A DNA stretch of 63,852 bases, filler included. It is 4 parts of 4 records of this genome, joined end to end, with 100 filler letters (N's around TTAATTAATTAA, not from the genome) between each part and the next. Parts side by side here need not be neighbours in the genome. Positions count along the whole stretch, not along the records: positions 52,434 to 63,852 come from DRR378314_1632; 3 more parts are not named here. The stretch is one strand, 5' to 3'. Both the position numbers and the translations under genes were made by a program. The notes beneath the pieces were generated by a model. That model saw only the letters and a list, made by a program, of their open reading frames with translations. It had not been told where the DNA came from and made no database searches. This document shows positions 55,089-63,852 of the stretch, piece by piece. Within the stretch, counting starts at the first letter, position 1. Each line of letters opens with the position of its first letter.

Positions 55089-56690
55089 TCAATGGCCCAT
55101 TCCCATGAGTTTTTGGATCAGTTTAAACGCAAGTATCAGCGGCACGGCGACCACAAACAGCATCATGAGAGAGAAAAAAGCAGCGCCGAACGAGAGCGCT
55201 GCAACCTGTGCCTGAATGCCGTGTTGGATGATGGCCGCAGCCCCTTCATGGGCTAGGCCATCATCAAGGCCACGGCTGGATAGCGCCTCGGCGAGGTGCC
55301 CCTGACGATTTTGAAAGGCAGTACTGGCGGGGTTTATGTTCTCGATCAGAACGCGGCGGTTCAGCGCGATCTGGTCGTTGAGATACGTCGTCAAAAAAGA
55401 AATTCCGACAACGCCTCCCATTTGGCGGCCAAAATTGAACAACCCGACGCCAGTCGCAATTTGTGTGGGCTTGAGGCCATTCAGGGTGATCAGCGTTACT
55501 GCCAGAAAAAGAAAGCCGAGGCCGAGACCTCGGACCAGCAAGGCAATCCAGAGATCATGCGCGCCGCTCGCGAGAGTGGACCAGGAGAACATCCACATCG
55601 CCACCATCATGAGCACGATGCCAAATGGCACGAACTTTATGGGGTTGATGTCCTTTGCGGTGATGAGAAGGCCCGCGATCAATAGCCCGGCGCCAATGGT
55701 CAAGCTTGCTGGCAGGAGCAACATGCCGGCTTCGAGGGGCGGCAACGTCAGAACGTTCAGTGCAAAAGCCGGGATCAGAAAGGCGCTTCCAAACAGAGCA
55801 AAACCGGCAAAGAAACTGACGAAAAAACCAAATGCGAACTGCGTGTTGGCGAAGGCCGACCGATCAAACAAAACGCTGTGCGTCGTCCCGTTAAGTAGCC
55901 GGACGATGGAGAACGCAAGTGCGGCGGCGCCAATCAGTGTCCAGGACTTGATGTGAGTATCATCAAACCAGTTCCACCGTGCGCCCTCGAGAAAGACATA
56001 GATCAGCGCGGTCATGGCAATCGCAAAAAGACCGAAGCCAAGCCAGTCAAACGGCGGAACCTTATGTTTCGTATTTGGCAGGCGATTTTTGAATGCGGTT
56101 AGGCAAAGTAGGCCGGCGGGGGCCAGTAAGCCGTTTAACCAAAATACCCATGTCCAAGATAAGTCGTCGGTCAACCAGCCTTGGGTGGCCGGGGCGAGCG
56201 ACGTCGGTGCCATGACAACGCCAAGTGCATAGGTTGCCTGCACCAGCCCCTGCCTCTGTGTGGGGAATAATCGAAACAGGATTGTTTGGGCCGCGACCAG
56301 AAGCACCGCTCCGGCGGCCCCCTGTATCACCCGAGCCGCGACAAAGGGAGGAAGGTTTACCACCGCGGCGCAAACCAGCGCGGCTGCAACCACCAAGCCC
56401 GTGGACCAGAGCAGTGACCGGGTCTCGCCAAATCGGTCGACGACCCAGGCGGCAGCGGGAAGACAGGTCAGCTTGGCAATCAGGTAGCCCAGGTTGATCC
56501 AGGAAACCTCGTCGGGCGTGGCACTGGCCGCACCCATGATCTGTGGCCGGGCAATGGTGAAAATGGTGCCATTCAGCGCATCGATCATGACCAGTATCGT
56601 CAGGCCCACGGCAACACCCCATCGGGCAGTGTCTGACATAACGCGCGCAGGGGGCTCGCCTGCCGCGGGGGGCGCGGCCGATCTACTCAT
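55089..56690 (-). CDS. DHA2 (EmrB/QacA) MFS efflux permease
   Basis: About 14 hydrophobic segments; WINLGY, ARVIQG, GWLTDDLSWTWVFWLN, FNFGRQMGG; ATG overlaps the hlyD stop. Confidence 0.9.
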   Translation of the reverse strand: MSRSAAPPAAGEPPARVMSDTARWGVAVGLTILVMIDALNGTIFTIARPQIMGAASATPDEVSWINLGYLIAKLTCLPAAAWVVDRFGETRSLLWSTGLVVAAALVCAAVVNLPPFVAARVIQGAAGAVLLVAAQTILFRLFPTQRQGLVQATYALGVVMAPTSLAPATQGWLTDDLSWTWVFWLNGLLAPAGLLCLTAFKNRLPNTKHKVPPFDWLGFGLFAIAMTALIYVFLEGARWNWFDDTHIKSWTLIGAAALAFSIVRLLNGTTHSVLFDRSAFANTQFAFGFFVSFFAGFALFGSAFLIPAFALNVLTLPPLEAGMLLLPASLTIGAGLLIAGLLITAKDINPIKFVPFGIVLMMVAMWMFSWSTLASGAHDLWIALLVRGLGLGFLFLAVTLITLNGLKPTQIATGVGLFNFGRQMGGVVGISFLTTYLNDQIALNRRVLIENINPASTAFQNRQGHLAEALSSRGLDDGLAHEGAAAIIQHGIQAQVAALSFGAAFFSLMMLFVVAVPLILAFKLIQKLMGMGH

Positions 56691-57804
56691 CTCTGTGCGC
56701 AATGTCGCTGTCTGGTGAAGCGCCAACTACTGTCGCCCCGGTGACTTCGAACTCATCATCCGTCGGTGGCGTTCGGTTTGAACGCGTATCGACACGGACC
56801 CTGGCGGACATGCCCGGGCGCAGGCGCGTCGTGGTGCTGCTCTCCGGATCAAGGGTGATTTTGATCGGTATCCGCTGAACAATTCGAACAAAATTGCCGG
56901 TTGCATTGTCCGGCGGCAGCAGGCTGAATTCAGCGCCGCTTGCAGGTGCCAGGCTGTCGATCCACCCCTTTAGCTTCTTGCCGCCGAATGCGTCGATCTG
57001 CACAGCAACCGGGTTTCCAACTGCCATATGCTCGAGCTGCGTTTCCTTGAAATTCGCGATTATCCAGACATCATGGAGTGGTACGATCGCCAGCATCGGG
57101 ACGCCAGGCCGGGCGTATTGTCCGGCGTCGACATGAAGGTTTCCGACCACGCCAGAAACCGGTGCCCGAACCTCGGTGTCGTTGAGCGCGATTTCGGCGA
57201 GCCGCAAACGTGCGGTGGCCTGCTCGACCGCCGCATCCAGCCGTCCGGCTTCGGCAGCGAGCACGCCAAGGCGTTGCTGGCGTGCTGCAAGGCCAGCTTT
57301 GGCTTGCTGGAGGGTGGCACGGGCGCGGCTCTCAAGTGCGACGATGTTGTCGTGGCGCTGCCGGGTGGTCCAGCCGCCGTTCACCAGATTGTCCGCCCGG
57401 TCGCGATCGCGCAAGGCCCGCTCTGCTTCCGCCTCGGCTGCGCGGACGCCAGCATTGGCTTCGTTGATAAGCGCACCTTGCAGCTTGCTTTGCGCGTCAA
57501 GGCTCGACCGCGCTGCTCGGGCGGCCTCTCGTGCTGCCATGGCCTCCGCGAGGCGGGCCTCATAATCCGTTGGGGTGATGCGAAACAACAAATCCCCCTT
57601 CGCGACGGGCTGATTGTCTTTGACTGCGACCTCGCTGACATAGCCTGGCACCTTGGTGGCGACCGCTACAATATCGCCACGGACATAGGCATTATCGGTT
57701 CTCTCGATATGGCGATCAGTGTTCCAGTATCCGTATCCATAATACCCACCGCCGCAGGTCAGCAGCATGGCGAGGGCGAGCGCCTTCAGCTTTTTCGGGG
57801 GCAT
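56683..57804 (-). CDS. HlyD/EmrA family membrane fusion protein
   Basis: TDNAYV, ANFKETQL, FSLLPPDNATGNF.RIVQRIP. Confidence 0.93.
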   Translation of the reverse strand: MPPKKLKALALAMLLTCGGGYYGYGYWNTDRHIERTDNAYVRGDIVAVATKVPGYVSEVAVKDNQPVAKGDLLFRITPTDYEARLAEAMAAREAARAARSSLDAQSKLQGALINEANAGVRAAEAEAERALRDRDRADNLVNGGWTTRQRHDNIVALESRARATLQQAKAGLAARQQRLGVLAAEAGRLDAAVEQATARLRLAEIALNDTEVRAPVSGVVGNLHVDAGQYARPGVPMLAIVPLHDVWIIANFKETQLEHMAVGNPVAVQIDAFGGKKLKGWIDSLAPASGAEFSLLPPDNATGNFVRIVQRIPIKITLDPESSTTTRLRPGMSARVRVDTRSNRTPPTDDEFEVTGATVVGASPDSDIAHRDE

Positions 57805-58127
57805 GGGTCACCTCATTCTTGCTGTTGGTCGGGGGGATTGCGGCGGTGGCCAGCGTGAGGCGATGGCACGCCAGGATCCGGCGGAGAGCGTGGTCCGCTC
57901 CGTCAATGGATTGAGGCTGTTCAGGACCATGGCAGAGCAGGAGACGATGCGGGGCCGGATACAGAGGCGCTGCAAGCGGCTGGCGCAGTCGCGCCGCAAC
58001 ATGTGAGGAGCGGCAGGCGGAATTGGAATGCATCGAGCGCAAGGCGTGTCCATTCGAGGAATTTCCCGGAAGCGGCATGGTCATGGGAGCCTCCCATCGG
58101 GGGGTGGTACGGCTGTGTACCCTTGTG

Positions 58128-58150
58128 AGGTACGGTACGATACCGTACCT
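58128..58150. promoter_or_regulatory. TetR operator palindrome
   Basis: AGGTACGGTA-CGA-TACCGTACCT, perfect 10-bp arms, immediately 3' of a minus-strand TTGACA; weaker GGTAC-N6-GTACC at 58106-58121. Confidence 0.8.
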
Positions 58151-58184
58151 GTCAAGCATCCGATGACTGCTGAGGAGTGCAACG

Positions 58185-58817
58185 GTGAAAAGAGCAATGG
58201 ACGAACACGCCCGCCCTCAATTGGGCAAGCGCGAAGAAATTCTTGAAATCGCTACTGAAATTGTTTTTCGGGAGGGCTATGGGCGCACCAGCATGGATCA
58301 GATCCACACCAGGCTGGGTGGTTCAAAGCGCACGCTTTATAATCATTTCCCCAGCAAGAAAGCACTCTTTGAAGCGATCGTGCAGCAGGTTTCGGGCCAG
58401 GTGCTTGCCGCCTTGCGCCCACCACTTGATGATACTGATCTGCGCAAGACCTTGATGAAGATGGGAACGGATTATCTCGGGGCGCTTTTGTCGCCCGATG
58501 GCATCGCGCTTTATCGTGTCATGGTGGCGGAAGCACAGCATTTCCCCGAACTGGCAATGACATTCTTTGAAAACGGGCCGAGCCGTGCCAGCGATCATCT
58601 GGCGTCATATTTCCGCGATCAGCAGGCGAAGGGCTCGGTTGATGTTGCAGACCCTCAGATGGCTGCCGCGCATTTCCTGGGTGCCGTACGTGGTGATATT
58701 CACCTGGCCGCTGTGCTCTCTGCAAGAATGCCTTCACAACAGATGGTGGATGCAACGGTCGCGCAGGCGACCCGGACATTTCTATGCGGTGCTGCAGCTG
58801 ACGCTTGGATAGGCTGA
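58185..58817 (+). CDS. TetR/AcrR family regulator
   Basis: GYGRTSMDQI...GSKRTLYNHFPSKKALF HTH; divergent from the efflux genes; start may be 58197. Confidence 0.92.
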   Translation: MKRAMDEHARPQLGKREEILEIATEIVFREGYGRTSMDQIHTRLGGSKRTLYNHFPSKKALFEAIVQQVSGQVLAALRPPLDDTDLRKTLMKMGTDYLGALLSPDGIALYRVMVAEAQHFPELAMTFFENGPSRASDHLASYFRDQQAKGSVDVADPQMAAAHFLGAVRGDIHLAAVLSARMPSQQMVDATVAQATRTFLCGAAADAWIG

Positions 58818-58989
58818 GATGCGCTATGATGACCTATCTTTGATGGCGCAGGCGTTCTTACTGGCCTGCATTCGGAAGATGGCGATGCCATATTTGCAGA
58901 GCCACCCAATGAAAAAGGCTGCGATATGCGACGCCACTGTTATCAGCGTGAGAGTGTCGGCCAGAGCTGAGTGAGCGCGTTGAGGGCCG

Positions 58990-59445
58990 TCAGGTGATGG
59001 CTTCCAGCTGTTCTTTCGACATGTCGCCGGGAACGATGGTGATCGGAAAGGGCAGGGAGCCCGCTGTCCGTGTCAGCTGGGTGACGATCGGGCCGGGCCC
59101 CTTGCGGTCGCTGGCGGCCCCGAGCACCAGAATGCCGACTTCGGGGTCCGTTTCGATTTGGGCAAGGATTTCGGGGACGACCTCGCCCTCGCGGATCACC
59201 AGTTCCGGATCAACGCCCTGCCGGTCGCGCATCCATTTGGCGAAGACCTCGAAGTGGGCATGGATGCGTTCGCGGGCCTCCTCGCGCATGACTTCACCAA
59301 CGCCGATCCAATGGTTGAACTCATCCGGAGGAATGACCGAAAGAATGACCACGCCTCCCCCGGTGTTGGCGGCGCGCATGGCGGCAAAACGCATGGCGTT
59401 CAGACATTCGCGGCTGTCGTCGAGGACGACCAGGAACTTGCGCAT
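58990..59445 (-). CDS. Universal stress protein
   Basis: RKFLVVLDDSRE, ILVLGA..GPGP, PITIVPG. Confidence 0.9.
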   Translation of the reverse strand: MRKFLVVLDDSRECLNAMRFAAMRAANTGGGVVILSVIPPDEFNHWIGVGEVMREEARERIHAHFEVFAKWMRDRQGVDPELVIREGEVVPEILAQIETDPEVGILVLGAASDRKGPGPIVTQLTRTAGSLPFPITIVPGDMSKEQLEAIT

Positions 59446-59586
59446 TAAAACCTCTGCTGTCGTGTCCGAAGCATATTGGCCGATGCAACCACCCCGCGCA
59501 ATAGATCTGTCGCGGGTGCGATGTGTCGCATCCGCACAGATGATCTGGCAGGGGGGCTGCTGTTGCTATGGTCGCGCGGCTGTGGG

Positions 59587-60450
59587 TCAGTGGCCGGATT
59601 TGGCCCAGTCCCAGTACATCTCGCGCACCCGGCGGGTGATGGGGCCGTGCTGATAGGTGACATCATCAAAGGCGGTGACCGGTGTGACCTTGGACATGTT
59701 GCCGGAGGTGAAGACCTCATCCGCCGCCTCGAAATGCGCATAGGTCAGCACGCATTCATGCACGGTGATTCCATCGGCGCGCAGGTTGCTGATGTGGCGC
59801 GCGCGGGTGATGCCCGACAGAAAGGTGCCATTGGCGATCGGGGTGAAGACCTCACCGTCCTTGACCATAAAGATGTTGGCTGTGGCGGTTTCTGCCACAT
59901 TGCCCATCACGTCGCAGGTCAGCGTGTTGGTGAACCCTTTGGCGCGGGCCTCGCGCAGCATGCGGGCGTTGTTGGGATAAAGGCAGCCTGCCTTGGCATT
60001 GACCACGGAGGATTCCAGCACCGGACGACAAAAGCTGGTCCGCGTGAGCGTGGCGGAAGCGGCTTCGGCGGGCATCGGGATTTCTTCGAGGCAGAGCGCG
60101 AATTGCGTGGCCTCTGGGGCGGGGGCAATCAGGGTCTGGTCGCCCTCGGTGGCCCAGTACATCGGGCGGATGTAGACCGCACTGTCGGCGGAGAACCCGG
60201 ACAGGCCCTCGCGGGTGATCTCGACCATCTGATCGGCGGGAACCGTGGCGGCCATCATCAGCGCTTCGGCCGAGGCATTGGCGCGAGCGCAATGTTTGTC
60301 GAGGTCGGGGCTGACGCCATCGAACCAGCGCGCGCCGTCAAACACGGAGGACCCGAGCCAGGCGGCGTGGTCTGCGGCGGACATGATCGGCACATCGCCG
60401 TCGTGCCACTGGCCGTTGAAATAGGTGCGGATCGTTTTGCCGACAGCCAT
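59587..60450 (-). CDS. Class IV (branched-chain amino acid-type) aminotransferase
   Basis: SSVFDGAR, YIRP, AKAGCLYPN, ETATANIF, LSGITR, ADEVF. Confidence 0.9.
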   Translation of the reverse strand: MAVGKTIRTYFNGQWHDGDVPIMSAADHAAWLGSSVFDGARWFDGVSPDLDKHCARANASAEALMMAATVPADQMVEITREGLSGFSADSAVYIRPMYWATEGDQTLIAPAPEATQFALCLEEIPMPAEAASATLTRTSFCRPVLESSVVNAKAGCLYPNNARMLREARAKGFTNTLTCDVMGNVAETATANIFMVKDGEVFTPIANGTFLSGITRARHISNLRADGITVHECVLTYAHFEAADEVFTSGNMSKVTPVTAFDDVTYQHGPITRRVREMYWDWAKSGH

Positions 60451-60560
60451 GGGAACCTCGGATCTGGGAATGCGGATTGGATACGATCGGGACGTTATGC
60501 GGCGGGCCCGGCAAGGTCCAGAGCCAATGCCGCCTCGTGTCCGTTCCGCTCCTGCGCTTG

Positions 60561-61643
60561 TTATTCGTCGTAGCTGACCACCAGATGATCCGTCAGCGGG
60601 TAGGACTGGCACGACAGCACAAAGCCCTTGGCGACCTCGTCATCCTCCAGCGCGTGGTTGGCGGCCATCTCGACCTCGCCTTCCAGCACCCGACAGCGGC
60701 AAGTGGAACAAACGCCAGCGCGGCAGGACCAGGGCGCGTCCATGGCATTGTCCAGCGCGGCTTCCAGCACCGAGGTGTTGCGGTCGAGCGTGACGCTGCG
60801 CGTGGCCCCATCCAGCGTGATGGCAGCGGTGACCGGCGCGCTGGCGGCAGCATCTCCGCTTACGGCTTTTTTCGCCGCCCGGCCCGGCTGGTTGGAGGCG
60901 AAGAGTTCAAATTTGATCTGCGCGTCCGAGAGGCCCGCGGTGCGCAGGGCCTCGGCAATGCCCAGCATCATCGGTTCCGGTCCGCAGATGAAGGCCGTGT
61001 CGACGTTGTGGATCGGGATCCAGCGCTCGAACAACTGGGCGCATTTTTCAGGTGTGACCAGGCCGGTGAACAGGTCGACCTCCTGCGCGTCGGCTTCCAG
61101 CACATGGATCACCGATAGGCGGCCCATGTACCGGTTTTTCAGGTCCTCGATCTCTTCGCGGAACATGATCGAGTTGATGCCCCGGTTGGCATAGACCAGC
61201 GTGAAGCGGGACTGGGGTTCGGCCTGCAGGGTGGTTTTCAGGATCGACAGCACTGGCGTGATGCCGGAGCCACCAGCAAAGCCGAGGTAGTGTTTTTCGG
61301 CAGCCGCATCGAGTTCGGTGAAGAACCGTCCCTGCGGTGGCATCGCCTCGACCGTGTCGCCCACCTTGAGGTCGGTATTGGCCCAGGTCGAGAAAGCGCC
61401 GCCATCGACCCGTTTGATGCCGACTTGCAAGACGCCATCTTCCTTGCCCGCACAGATCGAATAGCTGCGGCGCAGCTCGGTGCCGTCGAAATCGCGGCGA
61501 AAGGTCAGATACTGGCCTTGGGTGAAGTCGAACTCAGCCGCGGCGCCATTGGCGGGCTTCAGCGTGAGTACCACCGCGTCGCGGATGGTGTGCTTGATGT
61601 CGGTGACTTCGAGCGGGTGAAAGCGGGCCTGCGCGCGGGTCAT
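60561..61643 (-). CDS. paaE: Phenylacetyl-CoA epoxidase reductase subunit
   Basis: RRSYSIC, GGSGITP, ICGP, 2Fe-2S CRAGVCSTC..LSCQ. Confidence 0.95.
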   Translation of the reverse strand: MTRAQARFHPLEVTDIKHTIRDAVVLTLKPANGAAAEFDFTQGQYLTFRRDFDGTELRRSYSICAGKEDGVLQVGIKRVDGGAFSTWANTDLKVGDTVEAMPPQGRFFTELDAAAEKHYLGFAGGSGITPVLSILKTTLQAEPQSRFTLVYANRGINSIMFREEIEDLKNRYMGRLSVIHVLEADAQEVDLFTGLVTPEKCAQLFERWIPIHNVDTAFICGPEPMMLGIAEALRTAGLSDAQIKFELFASNQPGRAAKKAVSGDAAASAPVTAAITLDGATRSVTLDRNTSVLEAALDNAMDAPWSCRAGVCSTCRCRVLEGEVEMAANHALEDDEVAKGFVLSCQSYPLTDHLVVSYDE

Positions 61644-61655
61644 CAGCGAGCCTCC

Positions 61656-62132
61656 TCAGATGCATTTGAAATAGTCGAAAGGTTCCAGGCAGGCGGTACA
61701 GCGCCAATGGGCCTTGCAGGGGGTGGAGCCGAACTGGCTCACGCGGGTCACGTCCGGACTGCCGCAGCGCGGGCAATGATCGGGGCCGCCAGCGGGGGAG
61801 GGGGGCGCGATGCCGTAGTCCTCCAGCCGGGCGCGGCCTTTGTCCGACAGCCAATCGGTGGTCCAGGGCGGGGCGATCTGGGTCTTGATCTCCACGCGCT
61901 CAATCCCGTGGGCGGCCAGCGCGGTTTCCACGTCCAGACGAATGATCGAGGTCGCCGGGCAGCCGGAATAGGTGGGCGTCAGGGTGACGATGAGACCATC
62001 ATCGCTCCACTCAATATCGCGCACGATGCCGAGGTCGACGAGAGAGATCACCGGGATTTCCGGATCGGGCACCGCGTCGAGCCATTCCCAGATCTGCGCG
62101 AGGGGAGGCTGGTTGGATGTTGTATCGGTCAT
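61656..62132 (-). CDS. paaD: Phenylacetyl-CoA epoxidase subunit D
   Basis: VPDPEIPVIS, TPTYSGCPA, CPRCGS, CTACLEPFDYFKCI. Confidence 0.95.
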   Translation of the reverse strand: MTDTTSNQPPLAQIWEWLDAVPDPEIPVISLVDLGIVRDIEWSDDGLIVTLTPTYSGCPATSIIRLDVETALAAHGIERVEIKTQIAPPWTTDWLSDKGRARLEDYGIAPPSPAGGPDHCPRCGSPDVTRVSQFGSTPCKAHWRCTACLEPFDYFKCI

Positions 62133-62144
62133 ATTCTGGCACCA

Positions 62145-62221
62145 CCCGACCGATAGGTCGGGCAGCCCCCGACCTCCCCCCGGGAGGGGGCTTTACCCCC
62201 ACCCGAGGCCGGGGGATGCCC
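62145..62221. repeat. Multi-hairpin GC-rich intergenic element between paaC and paaD
   Basis: CCCGACC-GATA-GGTCGGG; AGCCCC..CTCCC-CCC-GGGAG..GGGGCT; outer GGGCA...TGCCC. Confidence 0.55.
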
Positions 62222-62241
62222 TATGTGAATAGGCGAGAACA

Positions 62242-63003
62242 CTACCACGTCGCTCCGGGATAGGCGCGCTGCATCCATTGCATCGTGGTCAGCAGATGCC
62301 CGAGGTGTTCGGTGTGCATCTTGCCATCACGGCCCCCGCCACGGGCGCGGCGAGCTTCGGGGAGTGTCAGCGTTGCCTCACCCAGAACGCGGGCCAGTGT
62401 TTCATCGAACTCCGCGCGCAAACTCGCCGGATCGGGGGCAATGCCCGCCTCGACCAGCGTCGTATCCACCGCGTCGCTCAGGAACATCTCGCCCACATAT
62501 GGGTAGAGGTAATCAAGCGCCGCTTGCATCCGGGCATGGCTTTCCTCGCTGCCGTCGCCCAGCGCCACCACCGTCTCGGCAGAGCGGTCCAGATGGTAGG
62601 TCGCTTCTTTCACCGATTTGGCAGCAATTGCGGCGACACGTTCGTCGGTAGACTGAGCCAGCGCCTGCAGCTGCAGCACGTGCCAGGCATCAAACAGGAA
62701 CTGCCGCATCAGGGTCTGGCCAAAATCGCCGTTTGGCATCTCAACCAGCAGCAGGTTGCGGAAGTCCCAGGCATCGCGCAGGAAGGCCAGATCGTCTGCG
62801 GTCTTGCCCTCGCCCTGCACCTCTACCGCGAGGCCGAGCCACATCTGGGTCTGACCGATCATGTCGAGCGCAGTATTGGCCAGCGCGATATCCTCTTCCA
62901 GCACCGGGGCATGGCCGCACCATTCGCTGACGCGGTGGCCGAGGATCAGCGTGTTGTCCCCCATCCGCAGGAGAAACTCGTAAAAAGCAGCGTCGCGCGA
63001 CAT
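62242..63003 (-). CDS. paaC: Phenylacetyl-CoA epoxidase subunit C
   Basis: LILGHRVSEWCGHAPVLEEDIA, KEATYH, MQRAYPGATW. Confidence 0.95.
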   Translation of the reverse strand: MSRDAAFYEFLLRMGDNTLILGHRVSEWCGHAPVLEEDIALANTALDMIGQTQMWLGLAVEVQGEGKTADDLAFLRDAWDFRNLLLVEMPNGDFGQTLMRQFLFDAWHVLQLQALAQSTDERVAAIAAKSVKEATYHLDRSAETVVALGDGSEESHARMQAALDYLYPYVGEMFLSDAVDTTLVEAGIAPDPASLRAEFDETLARVLGEATLTLPEARRARGGGRDGKMHTEHLGHLLTTMQWMQRAYPGATW

Positions 63004-63287
63004 CACATCGCCCCCACGTCATCAGGAATGTCGTAGAAGGACGGGTGACGGTAGACCTTGCTTTCGGAAGGCTCGTAGAGCGGGCCCTTGTCGGAGGGCG
63101 ACGAGGCGGTGATTTGAGCCGCTTCAACCACCCAGATCGACACGCCCTCATTGCGGCGGGTGTAGACGTCACGGGCGTTCTTGATCGCCATCTCCGCGTC
63201 GGGCGCGTGCAGGCTGCCGACGTGGCGATGGCTGAGGCCATGCTGGCCGCGGATGAAGATTTCCCAGAGGGGCCATTCGGTTTTCAT
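63003..63287 (-). CDS. paaB: Phenylacetyl-CoA epoxidase subunit B
   Basis: EWPLWEIFIR, HVGSLHAPDAEMA, ARDVYTRRNEG; AAAGGA RBS. Confidence 0.95.
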   Translation of the reverse strand: MKTEWPLWEIFIRGQHGLSHRHVGSLHAPDAEMAIKNARDVYTRRNEGVSIWVVEAAQITASSPSDKGPLYEPSESKVYRHPSFYDIPDDVGAM

Positions 63288-63373
63288 GTTTGGTCCTTTC
63301 GGTGCTGAGACAGGGCGCGCCCGAGGGTGCAGGCGCGCGACACCGTCACAGGGAATGTCAAAGGGAGGGCCGC

Positions 63374-63852
63374 TTACTCGGCCGCCATCTTGCGGGCGCG
63401 TTTTTTCTCGGCGTGGGCCATCATGCCCTCGCGCACCCAAGCCCCGTCGTCCCAGGCCTTGTTGCGCGCGGCCAGACGGTCGGTGTTGCAGGGGCCGTTG
63501 CCCTTGATGACCTCGAAGAACTCCTCCCAATCGGGCTCAGAAAAGTCGTAGCCGCCCTTTTCCTCGTTCCACGTGAGGTTTTCGTCCGGCACAGTCAGGC
63601 CAAGGTATTCTGCCTGTGGCACGGTCTGGTCGACGAACTTCTGACGCAGCTCGTCATTGGTGTTCATCTTGATCTTCCACGCCATCGACTGCGCGGAATG
63701 AACCGAGTCCTTGTCCGAGGGGCCGAACATCATCAGCGCCGGATACCAGAAGCGGTTGAGCGCATCCTGTGCCATCGCCTTTTGTTGAGCATTGCCCTGC
63801 GCCATCTTCATCATGATGTCGAAGCCCTGACGCTGGTGGAAGCTCTCTTCCT
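63374..63852 (-). CDS. paaA: Phenylacetyl-CoA epoxidase subunit A, C-terminal part
   Basis: EESFHQRQG, WYPALMMFGP, NDELRQKFVD, GNGPCN. Confidence 0.95.
   Translation of the reverse strand, partial: EESFHQRQGFDIMMKMAQGNAQQKAMAQDALNRFWYPALMMFGPSDKDSVHSAQSMAWKIKMNTNDELRQKFVDQTVPQAEYLGLTVPDENLTWNEEKGGYDFSEPDWEEFFEVIKGNGPCNTDRLAARNKAWDDGAWVREGMMAHAEKKRARKMAAE

Overview
The window is four unrelated contigs joined by artificial 100-nt spacers (N44-TTAATTAATTAA-N44), so it looks like a concatenated marine metagenome or bin. (1) 1-18763 is a high-GC gammaproteobacterium (Alcanivorax-like): tolRQ-ybgC-ruvBAC-yebC-aspS, an HU protein, a RegB/RegA-like pair, tamAB, a PaaI thioesterase and proS. (2) 18864-34842 is eukaryotic DNA, and the ORF track is largely noise there. 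Reading GT-AG splice sites by hand gives three genes: guanine deaminase (+, 7 exons seen), a three-PH-domain protein (-, about 9 exons) and TIP41/TIPRL (+, at least 10 exons). (3) 34943-52333 is Marinobacter-like: phosphomannomutase, bfr/bfd with a Fur box, pepQ-LysR-dpp ABC, cidA/lrgB, yaeQ, a LiuR-box-preceded branched-chain 2-oxoacid dehydrogenase operon whose fourth gene is a Hanks-type Ser/Thr kinase instead of E3, and a truncated tRNA-Arg. (4) 52434-63852 is Roseobacter-like: BMP, rimI, tsaB, nfuA with an Irr ICE box, an inserted TetR-EmrAB-like efflux cassette, usp, an aminotransferase and paaABCDE. The best candidate for an undescribed system is the bkdA1-A2-B-kinase operon, which may represent bacterial phospho-regulation of BCKDH; this is a hypothesis only. 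Taxon labels are inferred from gene order and protein recognition, not from searches.
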